DNA from: Phoronis australis
Lineage: Eukaryota; Animalia; Phoronida
Assembly: GCA_002633005.1 (NCBI GenBank)
Contig: NMRA01000169.1
Location: 475,387-539,386, forward strand
Direction of reading: 5' to 3'
DNA length: 64,000 nucleotides
The notes beneath the pieces are model-generated. The model was not told where the DNA came from, did no database searches, and saw only the letters and a list, made by a program, of their open reading frames with translations. The position numbers and the translations under genes were made by a program. This document shows, piece after piece, positions 24,028 to 36,004 of the stretch (its first letter is position 1; the number at the start of each line of letters is the position of its first letter).

Positions 24028-24138
24028 CTCTTCATGCCCACACATGGCAGCAATATGAAGCCCTGTAGCATCACTGTAGCCCACCATATTAACATCAGCC
24101 TTACACTCAATGAGCATAGAGACTAAGTCAAGGTCTCC
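24028..24138 (-). CDS. TNNI3K: TNNI3K coding exon 5 (GDLDLVSMLIECKADVNMVGYSDATGLHIAAMCGHEE)
   Basis: aacAG / GTatgt; 111 nt. Confidence 0.93.
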
Positions 24139-24815
24139 CTGTTAAACAATAACAAAACTTACATTAATATCTAACAACCAAAATCATCTGACAGCAACAT
24201 TTTCTCTCTGGTAAAGTTTTCATGAATTCAACTTGACAACGGTGCCAAAATTCTGCATTTTTCATCTTCATTACACAAGTTTCATCAAATTGTTACTTCA
24301 TTATGTATACTTTATTTTGGTAATTTAAACTTTTTACAACCATGAGTTTGCACTAAATATCAATATTCATTTTCTGATTTCAAGCTAGTTTCAAGGCAGA
24401 GGATAACTAAACATCAAGGGATATACCTACAAATGTAATGAATTTCATTTAAATTTGTATGGCTTTATTTATTGCATTTGAAAATTAGCTAGAAAGTTTT
24501 GCATTGAAATTTTGAGGTTTACCTTTTAGGAAATAAGAGCTAATGCCTGTAAAATTTATAAATTTCTTCAATCTGTCTCATTACTTGTCAAAAATGGCTA
24601 AATGTAGAAGAATTCAAAAATTCTTGGCATAGACTACAGGATGATTTCACTGGTTAAATAACTTTCAAGTAAACACTGTAGTGGCAAATGATACATGTAT
24701 ATGAGTGTGTAAATGTGGTTTCTGTTCTGTTTTCTTAATTTAATGTTCACTATTTGTTATTTAGCAAGAAATAGTAAAAAATATAAAAATTGAGTTTATA
24801 ATGAGCACTACCTAC

Positions 24816-24913
24816 CCTATAACAAGCCAACTGAAGGGGTGTGAAGCCATTTCTGCTGAGTACATTAGGTTTAGCACCTTTGTCCAGCACTAGGCGGACA
24901 TTCTCCTTGGAAC
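24816..24913 (-). CDS. TNNI3K: TNNI3K coding exon 4 (GSKENVRLVLDKGAKPNVLSRNGFTPLQLACYR)
   Basis: tttAG / GTaggt; 98 nt. Confidence 0.93.
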
Positions 24914-25048
24914 CTAAACACAGGCAGATATTGTAGGGCATTTTAAGAGGAATCAACAAGGACACTTATGAATTTGTGGTCAGCTGCATCGCACACTTTA
25001 AATAAACATTCTGATATTAGCTTGATTTAATTAGCAAGACTTGAAAGG

Positions 25049-25121
25049 AACAATTACATACCTACAACACACAGTGCATGGCAACAATTACATACCTACA
25101 ACACACAGTGCATGGCAACAA
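25049..25121. repeat. 34-bp direct tandem duplication
   Basis: acaattacatacctacaacacacagtgcatggca, two copies. Confidence 0.85.
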
Positions 25122-25518
25122 ATGGAAAAGTTTGTCCATTTTTAAAAGACACAGATTTGAAAACTTCTTTCATGATAATTATGTTGACCGATTACATCAA
25201 GATTCTCATAAATCTCGCTTGCATGCCAAAATGGTTGCCTTCATTTTTAATATCTTGCGTATGATTAATATTAGCAAACAGCATTGCGTCTGAAACTGGA
25301 GAGGTCCTTTATAAAGCCCAGAGCAAAAACATACTGGAGTACAAAATTAAGCATTCTTCTCCACATCCAGAACCACGTCCAACAGGGTCCAATGAAGGAC
25401 AACTGTGGGGAGTAAATCAAGTTCTCCATAATAACAATACCAAATAATTAGTAGCACTGTTGCTACATGTCAGTATTTTTAATTATCGAAACCTTTGCAC
25501 TTTGTCTCCTGAACTTAC

Positions 25519-25622
25519 CTCCAGCAGAGCAACATAAGTGCAGCAGAGTCAGTCCATTGTCAGTCTTTTCATTACTGTTTTCACTTGTGACCAATTCTGC
25601 AATCTTCTCAACATCTCCAGAG
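25519..25622 (-). CDS. TNNI3K: TNNI3K coding exon 3 (SGDVEKIAEL...KTDNGLTLLHLCCSAG)
   Basis: tttcAG / GTaagt; 104 nt. Confidence 0.92.
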
Positions 25623-25653
25623 CTGAAACATCAAATGGTGTAAACGGAAAATT

Positions 25654-25668
25654 GCCACTAGGGGGCAC
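25654..25668 (+). promoter_or_regulatory. CTCF-consensus motif (GCCACTAGGGGGCAC)
   Basis: Close match to CCASYAGRKGGCRS; occupancy unknown; may be part of a short interspersed repeat (25643-25828). Confidence 0.35.
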
Positions 25669-26209
25669 AACGGTAGTCAGATTCATTTGAAAATTTGCTC
25701 ATGACGTTCCATCCATGAAAATTCCTTGAACATAAATCCAAGGGTTCTGGAGATAGACCAGCATACGCCAGATGGACACGGATGACACCATAATGCACTC
25801 ACCTATTAATATGTGGGAGCACAAAAAGATCTTTTCACAAAGTCGAAAAGTTTCCCTATGTCACACGCTGTGAAGTACCTCCTGGTACAGCCAGGTGGCG
25901 ATAACAGTCACCAGTCCCACATGATCTGCCTCACTGCTTGCTGAAAGCCTCCCATTAGATGAACAACAGTCTTAAAAGTACCCTACTGGCTTGGGCATGT
26001 TTTCACTGGTATGCTGGTTGTAATACTTAAACAAGACTACAAGAACAGTACAGAAGAAAGTGAAGAGAACACAGAAAATGACAAAATTTGAACAGGCTAT
26101 GCCACGGACACATCACATGCTTGCAATCAAAACCACTGCCATGGGAATTTGGTCAACTTATGTCAGCAATTCAAAATGATTTAACCACGACATTTGACCC
26201 CGTAATTAC

Positions 26210-26321
26210 CTGCATGCATGCTGGAGCTCACTCCACTCTGCACCATCTTTCAGGCGCAAGTCTTCAATCAACTTGGACCGCAGGACAGCATAACTCTCAC
26301 TTATCTTTTTCTTCAGTTCAT
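26210..26321 (-). CDS. TNNI3K: TNNI3K coding exon 2 (DELKKKISESYAVLRSKLIEDLRLK...)
   Basis: ttttAG / GTaatt; 112 nt; KKKxSESY motif. Confidence 0.93.
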
Positions 26322-27646
26322 CTAAAATTATGGACAAAGATTTGAGTTACTTGGTAAACAAACTGTATTTTCACCACTCAGATACCAAACCGGACAAAGG
26401 AATTCTCACCATTCCAGGCAATAATCTTTACTCGGTCAATCATACTACATGGTTTCCTACCTCCACAAACAAAAGAGTTCACCTTTAATTCAGATAACTT
26501 TGATGTATATCTATATACAGTAATGTTAGAAAGTAACACAGCATATATGTCTTCAGCTAAGCATTGTCATCACACCAGCCCTAAAGATGCAGTAAACCCA
26601 AGCCTTTTATCCAAAAACAACTTTTGATTTGAGACACTTACATAAACTTGGTCTCACATTGTTCCTTACTTAGACAACAAATGATTTCTGGGCGTCCGAA
26701 GAACGGACATGTCGTTATTGTTCTGTTAGTTCAGTGCATGTCACAGTAATTTACTTTTAGTCATCAAGGCAGTATGGATGAATTCTAGATGATTTAATGG
26801 AAACAATTACAATTCAAACAAACAAAAAAACTGATGCCTTGGAAGAACAAAAATGTGTGTGAGATTGATGTTTTAAACATTGGAACAGTGGCTTTAAATG
26901 GGAACTGAGATGAAGAAAAACCTGCCTTTTTTCAACATCCATATGGTAAAGCCTCATCTCCAGTAAAAGACGACAATTATTGCCAAGAGTGACCTTCATA
27001 CATTTTTCAAAGGATTCTAAAGTTGAGGTCAACACACCACCTGATGGCAGTGACGGATAGAACTTTAAATTATAATGCATTTATCACGTGCTCCTTCTCT
27101 TTTATGAAAAAAGAAAAAGAAAATTTTATTTCCGTCATATTATATCCTAAACTGGTGTCTATCAATAGGTACTCAGTACTCAACTACCATGATGAGTTTC
27201 ATCACAAAACGAGATATCTGCTAAAATTCTAATACATATAAATACAAGTGATGAGTTGACACCATATTTCAGATGCATTAGTCCCATTCAGGGTTCTGAT
27301 TTTGCGGGTTGTAATGCCATTGGTCGTAACTTTGATTATTATAGCAATTAGAGATAAAATTACCAATCTAGTCCTGTTTGTAGTTGTTTCATTACCCCAC
27401 AAAATACAATCTTAAAATCACCCATCATTGTGTCATATATATTCATATACAGTACAGAAGTGCTCTCCCTGCTTATACTTAACTCTACAGAATATCCCGT
27501 TTTATCTCTTCAGATAGCCCTTCGCAAGAATAACACGGCATGCCTTTAACACATACCACCACTGTTTGCTTTCCTCTAAAAAACCCCACTGAATAGATCT
27601 TTGATGCAAATTATGAATTCAAATTTTTAGGTAGAAATCTACACAC

Positions 27647-27686
27647 CTGCGCAGGAGATTGTGGGTCGTGATTTATAATTGCCCAT
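27647..27686 (-). CDS. TNNI3K: TNNI3K coding exon 1 (MGNYKSRPTISCA; N-myristoylation-type MGxxxS start)
   Basis: ATG at 27686-27684, GTgtgt donor; the exon extends 5' to a tttgcAG acceptor (exon start 27731). Confidence 0.93.
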
Positions 27687-27949
27687 AATCAGGAATATCC
27701 AGGAACGAATCTCTTAACATTCTGTCCAGTCCTGCAAATACAAAAACACATTTCATTTTTTGCAGACAAGTGACACATTTAACACGGATTTTCAAATCAT
27801 CTACAAGCAGGTGATATGTAACAATTATGCAAGAGTTCATTGACAGGTATAAGAACTTAACCAAATATCTTCCAAATTGTAGATTTCAACTCGGTAAAAG
27901 TGTATATTTTGTAAAAGTAAAAAGCCTGCAGCATTTGATTTTTTTTGCT

Positions 27950-28330
27950 TTTCATTAAATTTACTACCAATTGGTTCACGTGACCATGTCTTTTAGTAAA
28001 ATTTAGCAAAGGTATTTAAACAAAACAACGGTATCAATAACATGGTTAAATTTTACATGATATAAATGTTCAAGAGTAGGTAAACAAAACACTGAACAGT
28101 TTTCTAAAATACCATTTTGTTTGAGTTTTATGCAACTTTAATTTTTTCCATGAAAATCAAAAAAGTTCTACTCTTTGATAGCCTCACATGCAAAGGGAGA
28201 ACATTTTAAAAACAATTCCTAACAAAATTTTGGAAAAGTGCAAAACCCATAAGTATCATAAAGTTTCATATGAATCCAATCAGGCAGTTAGCCAAATTTG
28301 GACATTTTCTAAGAGTCCTACACAACCGTA
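27950..28330. mobile_element. Right-end fragment of a Kolobok-like element related to the 48910/51189 family
   Basis: Shares tgatataaatgttcaaga, aagtttcatatgaatccaatcag and ttagccaaatttggacattttcta with those copies. Confidence 0.55.
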
Positions 28331-29994
28331 AAGAAAGGGCTTTACTGGTTTTTAAGTCTGAACAGTGAACCCAAGATGTGTGAGGCATGAGCCATGTCAG
28401 GAGGGAGGGAAGGGAGGGGATGGAGGGATATAAGACTTCTGTGGTGTCATCTATAACATACCATGTGCCTCCTATGAATGAATATACATTGGTTAGACCT
28501 CTAGGAACTTCGCATATCGTCTGAAAGAACACCAGAAAGAGGCTGAGGCTACAACAGAAAAGTTTTTTACAATGAATTCCAGGAGTCTGTTCCACGAAAG
28601 TGACTTATGACTCATGATGGCAATTTGGTTTTTAAAAGCTCTCACTTCATAACTGATGAAAAAATGTTTCGCCAAGTAATTATGACCACATCACAGTCTA
28701 CAAATAATTTACAGAAATCATCGCTGTAACTATATGTAATAAGAACAATGGGAACATAAGACCAAGTTTCTGTCTTAAGTCACTTTCATGAAACGGACTC
28801 ATGGTACATGTTATGCCATACATGCGCAGGCCACACAATTGGCCCATAGCACTGATCACCTGGAAATATTCTTATGCTAATTATCTAACAGTGTGGTCCA
28901 GTGAGACTCCAACCATGACCTTGAGTAAAGGAAGTAGACACTCATCTCACTTGGCCACACTGCCTCCTCTTAAAAATGACGTCATATTCCCTTGCGTGAG
29001 CAATGTAAAAATGGCCACTTGCCAATTTGGGCAACTGAACACAGGACTTCAAAAAAGTTTGATTACAGGAGTATTTGCTCGAGTCGGTTGGGAAGGAATA
29101 ACAAAGACACCAACGACCTCTTAGGGTATCCCTCTATGGGCAGTATAGCAACATGATTTTGATGGTTTAACCCGGCTGCATAATTTGCCGAAAAGCTTCC
29201 AGCATAATGAAGGCTTAGGAGATGGCGCCAATGTCTACTTCCAGTTTGAAGAGGTGGTATTGTCCAACAACAGCCAGGTGACCTTGCCATAACATAAATT
29301 ACAATCCAGTTACTGAGTTAGTTGTACGGATTTGAAGATTTTAACTGCCTTCATTCAAAGATGTCCATCTACACTCGAAAGGTACACACAGTATCTAACT
29401 CTGATACCTTAGCCAGGGTTAAGCATAATTTGCTGAAAATCGTCTGTGGTACAGACCGGTAGTTCAGGCTTCAACATTACCATTAGGAATAGGTCGGAAT
29501 GAATCGTGGACATGAAATGAATGGATGTCATTTCTAGTGCCACAACCACAGGCACAGCCCTGGTCCTGCTAGACTGTCGCGTTTGTCAACATGATTAACT
29601 TGCATTCTTCCAAACCAACAGGCCAATATAGCCACTGTAGTCAAAAACTTTATTTAATCAATTTTCAAAGTTGCCAACTGTCATTCCAAAACGCACCTCC
29701 CACTTCAAATCAGGAACGTCGGGTCGAACTCAGCATCCTCGGACATTTTGCTTAAAGCGACACCTGGCAGTGAGTATTTTTAAAATCTCCATCTGGTGTC
29801 AAGAATGCGAATACTTCAAGTTTCTAAGAAAGTCGCCCGCGAAGAATTGCAGCGCATTGTTTCTGCGATTCTTCGGGTTAAAACTGGCGTATCAAGGAAA
29901 CTGTGCGATGTGTGAAAATTCTCAACTCAAAAAACCGACAATCGACTATGGCCAAAAATAATGTAATTATCAACTTGCATATTAGTCCAGTCGC

Positions 29995-30136
29995 CAATGG
30001 CGGATTTAAGGGGGGGGGGCAAGAGGGCCATGGCCCCCCTAAAAGTCTCCCAGATTCCATTTGGCAGTTCGGGGGCAAAATTCTGGCTAATACTCTGCCC
30101 TGCCCCCCCCCATTCAAAATCCTGGATCCGCCCCTG
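29995..30136. mobile_element. Short G/C-run MITE-like insertion with CAxxGGCGGAT termini
   Basis: Left caatggcggattt; right reverse complement caggggcggatcc; no TSD recognisable. Confidence 0.5.
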
Positions 30137-32620
30137 GTTGTGGTCTACAAGTCCCGCGGTGAAATCAACAAGAGTCATCATTGGAAATGACTGTGCTGTT
30201 TCAAAACGTTTGGTTGACTGCTTACAACTTTGCAATAAATATCACTGCTGTTGAAAATGGCTGATATCCCTGCACTGAGCCGGATGTCCAACTGTCGCTA
30301 AAAACTTACAAATTATATAATAAAATGGTTGGTGTAATAAACTGCTCTCAGTAAAAAGTTCACTTTTATTCGATTAGTCCATTTGTCTTTGATTCCCGGC
30401 GATACGGCACGCTGTGCCGTATTTATTTGGAATCGATGCTCGTTGGTCCGTTGGTGATAAACACGTAGAAACGTAATAACACAATATAGTACACATTAAT
30501 TTGGTACTTTCGAACAATGCATGATTCAAATTCATCAGAAATGCCATGTCAAGTACTTGATTTTCAGTTGTCTAGATTCCGGCGACGGGCTGACGATATA
30601 CCATTTAAAGTGGTGAAAGACACCAATGCCGAGAACAATGTTCGTGAACACTGATTCAGAAATATTTGAATGCATTGTCGTAGTGGAACTAGCGAGTGGC
30701 GACATCTCTTTCTTAAAACATCCCTTCCATCTGAATATCGCATTGGACAGCACCGAATTATTACCAGCGTGCCGATGCCATTTTGAAAACGCGGAATTTA
30801 GTAAGATATGTTAGCAACATGAGTAGCGGGCATATGTGCACTACCATAGGAAGCGGGGTCGTAGGGAGGGGCAGCCATCTGTGAACTAGCAGTGCTTGGC
30901 TTAGCCCTGACCCTGGCCAGAACAATGTTGTTGGTGTCTCCATATTTTGCAGCATAGATCGTCTCAGAGCACTTAGAAACGTTCGCTTAATCCTTCAGTT
31001 CATAAATGTATTTCGAAAACGTCGAGAAAATTTGTAAAGCACAGCTTTTGCAGAGCATATTAATTTACTGGATTTTTAAATTCAAGAAGGCAACTTTAGG
31101 GAATACAATATTTCCCCCAGAAACTCCTCTCTGGCAAGGGATAACGGAGTCATCATTCGCTGTTTTCTTTTCGTTATTTCTCGAAAGTGTATATCACTTA
31201 ATAAAAATTGAGAACATGACAGATACCACCAATTGCTGCTCATTTCCTTTTTTAAATATAGATCCATTCACTTCTCCCGTGTCAAATGACGTCGTATGGA
31301 GGTCGCAAGCTATAATTTTTTAACATGCGAGATCCATGCGACGGGCGAAAGCGCGTCGCATGGTTATCGCTTATGGGACGTTACTATTGTCTTCCTTTGT
31401 TGCGTCTTTGTTGGATTTAAGAATACAGGTCGCGCGAATATCGTACCTTGGGCGCACATCAGCACGTTACCGATAGATGCTTACCATTATCTTTATAATA
31501 AGAAAGAAAAACAAAGCGATCAATGGATACGCCTATCTACCGATATCTATGCGCCGAGCTTGCGACCTAGTTTCGCGTGGGCAGCGATTTTCATAAAGTA
31601 ATAGCCATCTCTTGAATGAATCAAAATACACGTTAACGCGAATAAACTTGGGAAATTTCGTGGCATGCCCGGTCTCCCATGTTCCTTGGTCGCCCGTTTA
31701 GAGTCTCCGAGCATGCTTTCAGGACATTGTTTATGATATTCTATTTTGATAAACAACATATTCGTTGGTTTCTGAAATATATTACATGTTGGTGTATTTA
31801 AGAAAATCGACTGATTCACAGATGATTTTTTTGACAATTAGAAGGTGATTTTACAAGAATTGTTTTTTTTTACTTTAATGTTTATTACGAAAAATACAGT
31901 GTACAGTCATAAGCGTTAACCCCAAAAAGCGCTAGAAAGTATTATATCTGCAAGAATTGATGATGCTTAAGTGAAATTAGTTACAGGCTGAAGTTGGGAA
32001 AATGTCTATAATCTCATCCAAAAATAGCAAAGTACACAAGACAATTTTTGCTCATATGAAATAACTCAAAGATGCATTTCTGTATCGATGAAATTCTGAA
32101 TTTCTACAGGGTCTTCCAAAAATGTACTCACAGTTCAAATGGCAAGATAAGGGGTTTAAATTTACAAACAGGAGTTTCAGGAATCAAATACAATGCTCAT
32201 TAACTTAAGAAGATTAATTATCTTTGCACTTCCTTCGTTGATGTTTTTTTTTATTAATTTCCAACAGTAGCGAGCAATTTACGTTCACTAAAACTGAGTC
32301 GGCTGTTTGCCATTCCAGTGCATAGCAGGGCACGTGATGGCTCACTCAACTATTGAAACCATGGTCGTTTACAAGTGCGCCACCCATCTCCCGGTCGCCA
32401 CTAATGTGTTTGTCTTCATAATTGATGCGGTATTTTCTGGTGGTACGTTCTTACAAAAATTACTTGATACAAGTTGAGGTAGTGAATTATTATTTTACCA
32501 GCTTCATCGGTCCAGTGATGCGATTGACTACACATGTACGGGATACTTGTTGAGTAATGATTTTAAAGGTGCCGCTTTACCCCACTCTCCCCTACTCAGT
32601 CGACCGGGGTGAGGTCTTAC

Positions 32621-32930
32621 CTCCGTCCACTTATGTTCCACGAGCGGATAAAGACACACGCAGTAGGCCTACTCTAGTAAGACTAAACCTTTATTCAGCC
32701 ATAAGTAACAAGAAACATGCAAACGTATTACTACAACACCATCAATAAGACGTGGAACGTACATTAAAACATTTGCCATATCCTGTTTGCAGCTAATAAC
32801 TTTCTATATTCTTGTAGATAGTCAGTGCCAGGGTGCACACGCAAGTAAACAGTAGGCTAGATTTCAACAAGAAGTCCGTCTGCTATGCTGGCGCTCTCTA
32901 CAGTTAGAGTTAGGAAATAGTGAGCTAAGA
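32621..32930. promoter_or_regulatory. Putative bidirectional promoter region between TNNI3K and the RasGAP gene
   Basis: Strong minus-strand donor GAG|GTAAGA at 32621/32620 (candidate TNNI3K non-coding exon 1); YY1-type AAGATGGCGG at 32927; first RasGAP exon on + within ~300-400 bp. Confidence 0.5.
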
Positions 32931-33011
32931 TGGCGGTTTGATTAAGATGGTGCATCGAAGCGCTCCTGTTTTGATGTGATTTCATGCCTGTTTTGACTGC
33001 TGTAGACAATC

Positions 33012-33102
33012 ATGAGCTCATCCAGTGTTAGAGAACGGACACTTAAAGGCTCAGAAAGCATTGAGTTCCCCAGTAGAATCGAAGGATGGTTGAATGTTTG
33101 GG
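33012..33102 (+). CDS. RasGAP (nGAP/DAB2IP/SynGAP-like) coding exon 1 (MSSSSVRERTLKGSESIEFPSRIEGWLNVW)
   Basis: ATG at 33012, G|GTAAGT donor at 33103; 91 nt, phase 1; PH beta-1 motif EGWL. Confidence 0.8.
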
Positions 33103-35128
33103 GTAAGTTGATGTTTGACTTAGTCCTTATCTCGTCTACGTCTGCTCAACCTGTCAACTCAACTCTCAAGACGAATTGCTTGCATTTGTAAATACACTAC
33201 TAACGTTGTCGTCGATTGCGTGTACGAGTACTCATTTATTATCAATAGATTTTACTTTAATCAGTTTCATTTACCTCCACCTTTTTAATTCCAATAATGG
33301 ACGTGAACCGATTTTCATTTCATTATCTCTCCCAAACATCCAATACAACAGTAGCAGAAGCCTGCAGGGGATTAAGTGCCTGAGGCTGAATCAGTGAATG
33401 CCAAAATCAAAAGCGTGATTTCACACTTCATAGATTATCTCTGGAAAATGTCAAGTGGCAGTAGGGCTAGCTTGTTGAAAAGGTTACACAACTGCGTTAA
33501 TTAAAATTCCACATGCAAACGACAACCAGCATTATTACTAGCTTGATTCACAACTGAAATGGCGGTACTCTTGGCGGATGTCTCTGAACTAAAGGTTAAT
33601 TGCTCCTTACATTATTGCATGCTTGTTTGTAATGAGTGGTGAAGTTGGCATCTGAATGTTCGCAAAACTACATTGTAAATTTGAGGGCAAGATTTTTTCA
33701 TGAAGGCACAGATTGAGAACCTTTTGCTGGTGCAGCAGTAGTTAACCGTGCTGGTTGCATTTGATGTCTCATGGCTCTGAAGTCACTGTGGTGGCATCTG
33801 AAACTAAAAGGTTTGGAACATTGTTAAATGGTCTGCTTCAATAAATCTATTTATGGAATGATAGCGAATATTCTGTTATCGCTGGAGGCCTATTGAATTA
33901 AAACTTATTTCCCAGAGTGAAAAAACAGAAATTTATACCATTATATATATGTACACACACATGTATATATATAAATATATACAATCACCAGGTAAATTAA
34001 TAAATTTCAATAATAATCAAATTACACATGTGGCAAATCATATTTGAAATGTGTGATTCATAATTTTTTCAATACGCTGCTTAGTCTGAACGCAAGAACT
34101 ATGCCGAAAAGCAACGCTTTCAAATATAAGGAGCTGTTTATAAAAAGTGTGCTTCTTGTGGTGATGTTATTCAAATGCTTTTGTTATGAACATACTGGTA
34201 AATAGTAAACCACCAGAAGGTAATCTATAGCCATGGCACTAATGAAACCTAGCTTTATTCATATCTGCTTGAATTCTGTCTACATGTGGCGTTTGTTCCG
34301 AAATACTTTTCTTGATTCCATTTCAATGTTGTATGTATTCATTAAAACACACAACATTATGCTGAGATTTTAGCTTCCTCTGTGTTTACATTTAGACTTA
34401 TGTCCCCTGCATAGTCCTTTCTGGTCCCTAATCCTTTCAACAAGTTTGTGTTGATGGTAGCCCTTTAGCACACATTATTTTCATCTGACTGACTCTATTC
34501 AAGTGGGCTGTACACAACCTGATCCCTAGTCACTTAGTTGGTAGGGCTGATAAAAAACGATACAATCTATCCTTAAGTGGGTCAATATTGATGTAATAAT
34601 TGTATTACCTTGCTGAGGTCTATGAAAAAATTATGACATCTTCATAAGAGATCTTTGTGTTGAATCTTTTGCAAGTAAATGCTTAGAATTGGACCTTCAT
34701 TGAACTACGATAGTCAAGATAAGATCTTTAGCACTTTTTGTACTGTAACAACTTTTTTCTTCATTGACTAAGAACTATAGCAGGGATGTCTATAATGATC
34801 GATACATTGATGCTTGTCATTTATTCTGTATACAATGTGTGTAATATCTTGTGAAGACTAAAGTAGCTAGCAACTCGCATTCTGTGGCAAGTGAATTTAT
34901 GGAGTCTGATCTCAAGCAAAGTCAACAAACTGCCAGTATATCAGAGCCATGAAGTTACCTCTGATTTGACTTTTAAAAAAATAAGGCCAATTTTGTAACA
35001 ATAAGTGGTTTAAATGGAACAGTTTTTATAGTGTAAGTTGGTTTATAGACTCTTTTGTTATCTCGACAAACTCAATGAAATATATCCTCAACATGGCTCC
35101 TGAGGATTTACTATTATAGACAATTTTA

Positions 35129-35248
35129 TGTTGTATACCTATCAGGGTCTTCTGTTGTATACCTATCAGGGTCTCCTGTCGTATACCTATCAGGGTCTCC
35201 TGTTGTATACCTATCAGGGTCTCCTGTTGTATACCTATCAGGATCTTC
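35129..35248. repeat. 24-bp minisatellite, 5 copies
   Basis: tgttgtatacctatcagggtctcc repeated. Confidence 0.92.
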
Positions 35249-35505
35249 TTCTTTTAGTGACCATGTGAGGGTGGTTTAAGCCCATCAGCTTGCTGTAGGA
35301 ACAAACATTGATTTCAGTCCTGAAGTAAGCATTGTTAAGTAAGTCTAGCTTAAAGAGGCTTAAAATTCACCACAACAAATCGATAGAAGATTAATGGAAA
35401 GGCAACATTACCAGTTATTACACAACAGGGGGCAGGTGTGAAATGACAAATAACATAAAAGACACTTGACTGCTCCGATCTATTCCAGCTTATGATTGGT
35501 CATAA

Positions 35506-36004
35506 GTGCCTGTCATACTAAGGTCGATGCGTTGATGTTTTTGGGGAGTTGTGGTCAGTATGAACGCTTAAGTTCAGTCCCAGTGGATCGAAGTTAACAG
35601 CTCCAGTTAACTTCGCACTAAACAGGTGGATTGAAGAGCTGAGCGTTGACGCTGGGGTGCGAACGGTCAATTTCATTCCTATCGAAGTTATCACTAGGTG
35701 CCACTGTTATCATCAACAATTGCAGGGTAGTGCCGTCGCTAATAGTTGCTTATATTTTGCTCTAACAATCACCAATCGATTTAAAAATAAGTTTTATCGC
35801 AATTGGTACTTGTTAATGTTATCAAATTGTCACATTGAAAAAATCTCAGCGTTCAGTGCTACTTTGAGATAACTTCGATGACGACTGCGTCACCTATCGT
35901 TTATTTCGATGTTCATTATCTGCCGAAGCCAGTATGAACGGTCCAGTTAACCACGCAGTATACATGGACGCTCCAGACAGGAGTTAAGTCAATATGAAAG
36001 GGCT
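35506..36004. mobile_element. PIF/Harbinger-like MITE (~500 bp), copy 1
   Basis: Termini gtgcctgtcatacta ... aatatgaaagggc flanked by TAA/TTA; internal similarity to 41327-41846 (gtcagtatgaac, gaagttaacagc..agttaacttcgca, aaaaatctcagcgt). Confidence 0.6.

Larger units (their letters stand above)
9517..27686 (-). other. TNNI3K: TNNI3K gene (ankyrin-repeat Ser/Thr kinase, cardiac troponin I-interacting kinase orthologue), complete CDS of 21 exons, 836 aa
   Basis: All 21 exons splice in phase (sum 2511 nt). N-terminus MGNYKSRP, ankyrin repeats, GSGSFG loop, [23 protein letters not shown] and C-terminal DKNGYVSDP are all characteristic of TNNI3K. Confidence 0.97.

Noticed and set aside
28801-30254. 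FPGT or another gene upstream of TNNI3K in the cluster of short ORFs
   Set aside because: No recognisable protein motifs or in-phase exon chain; several ORFs derive from the G/C-run MITE at 29995-30136.
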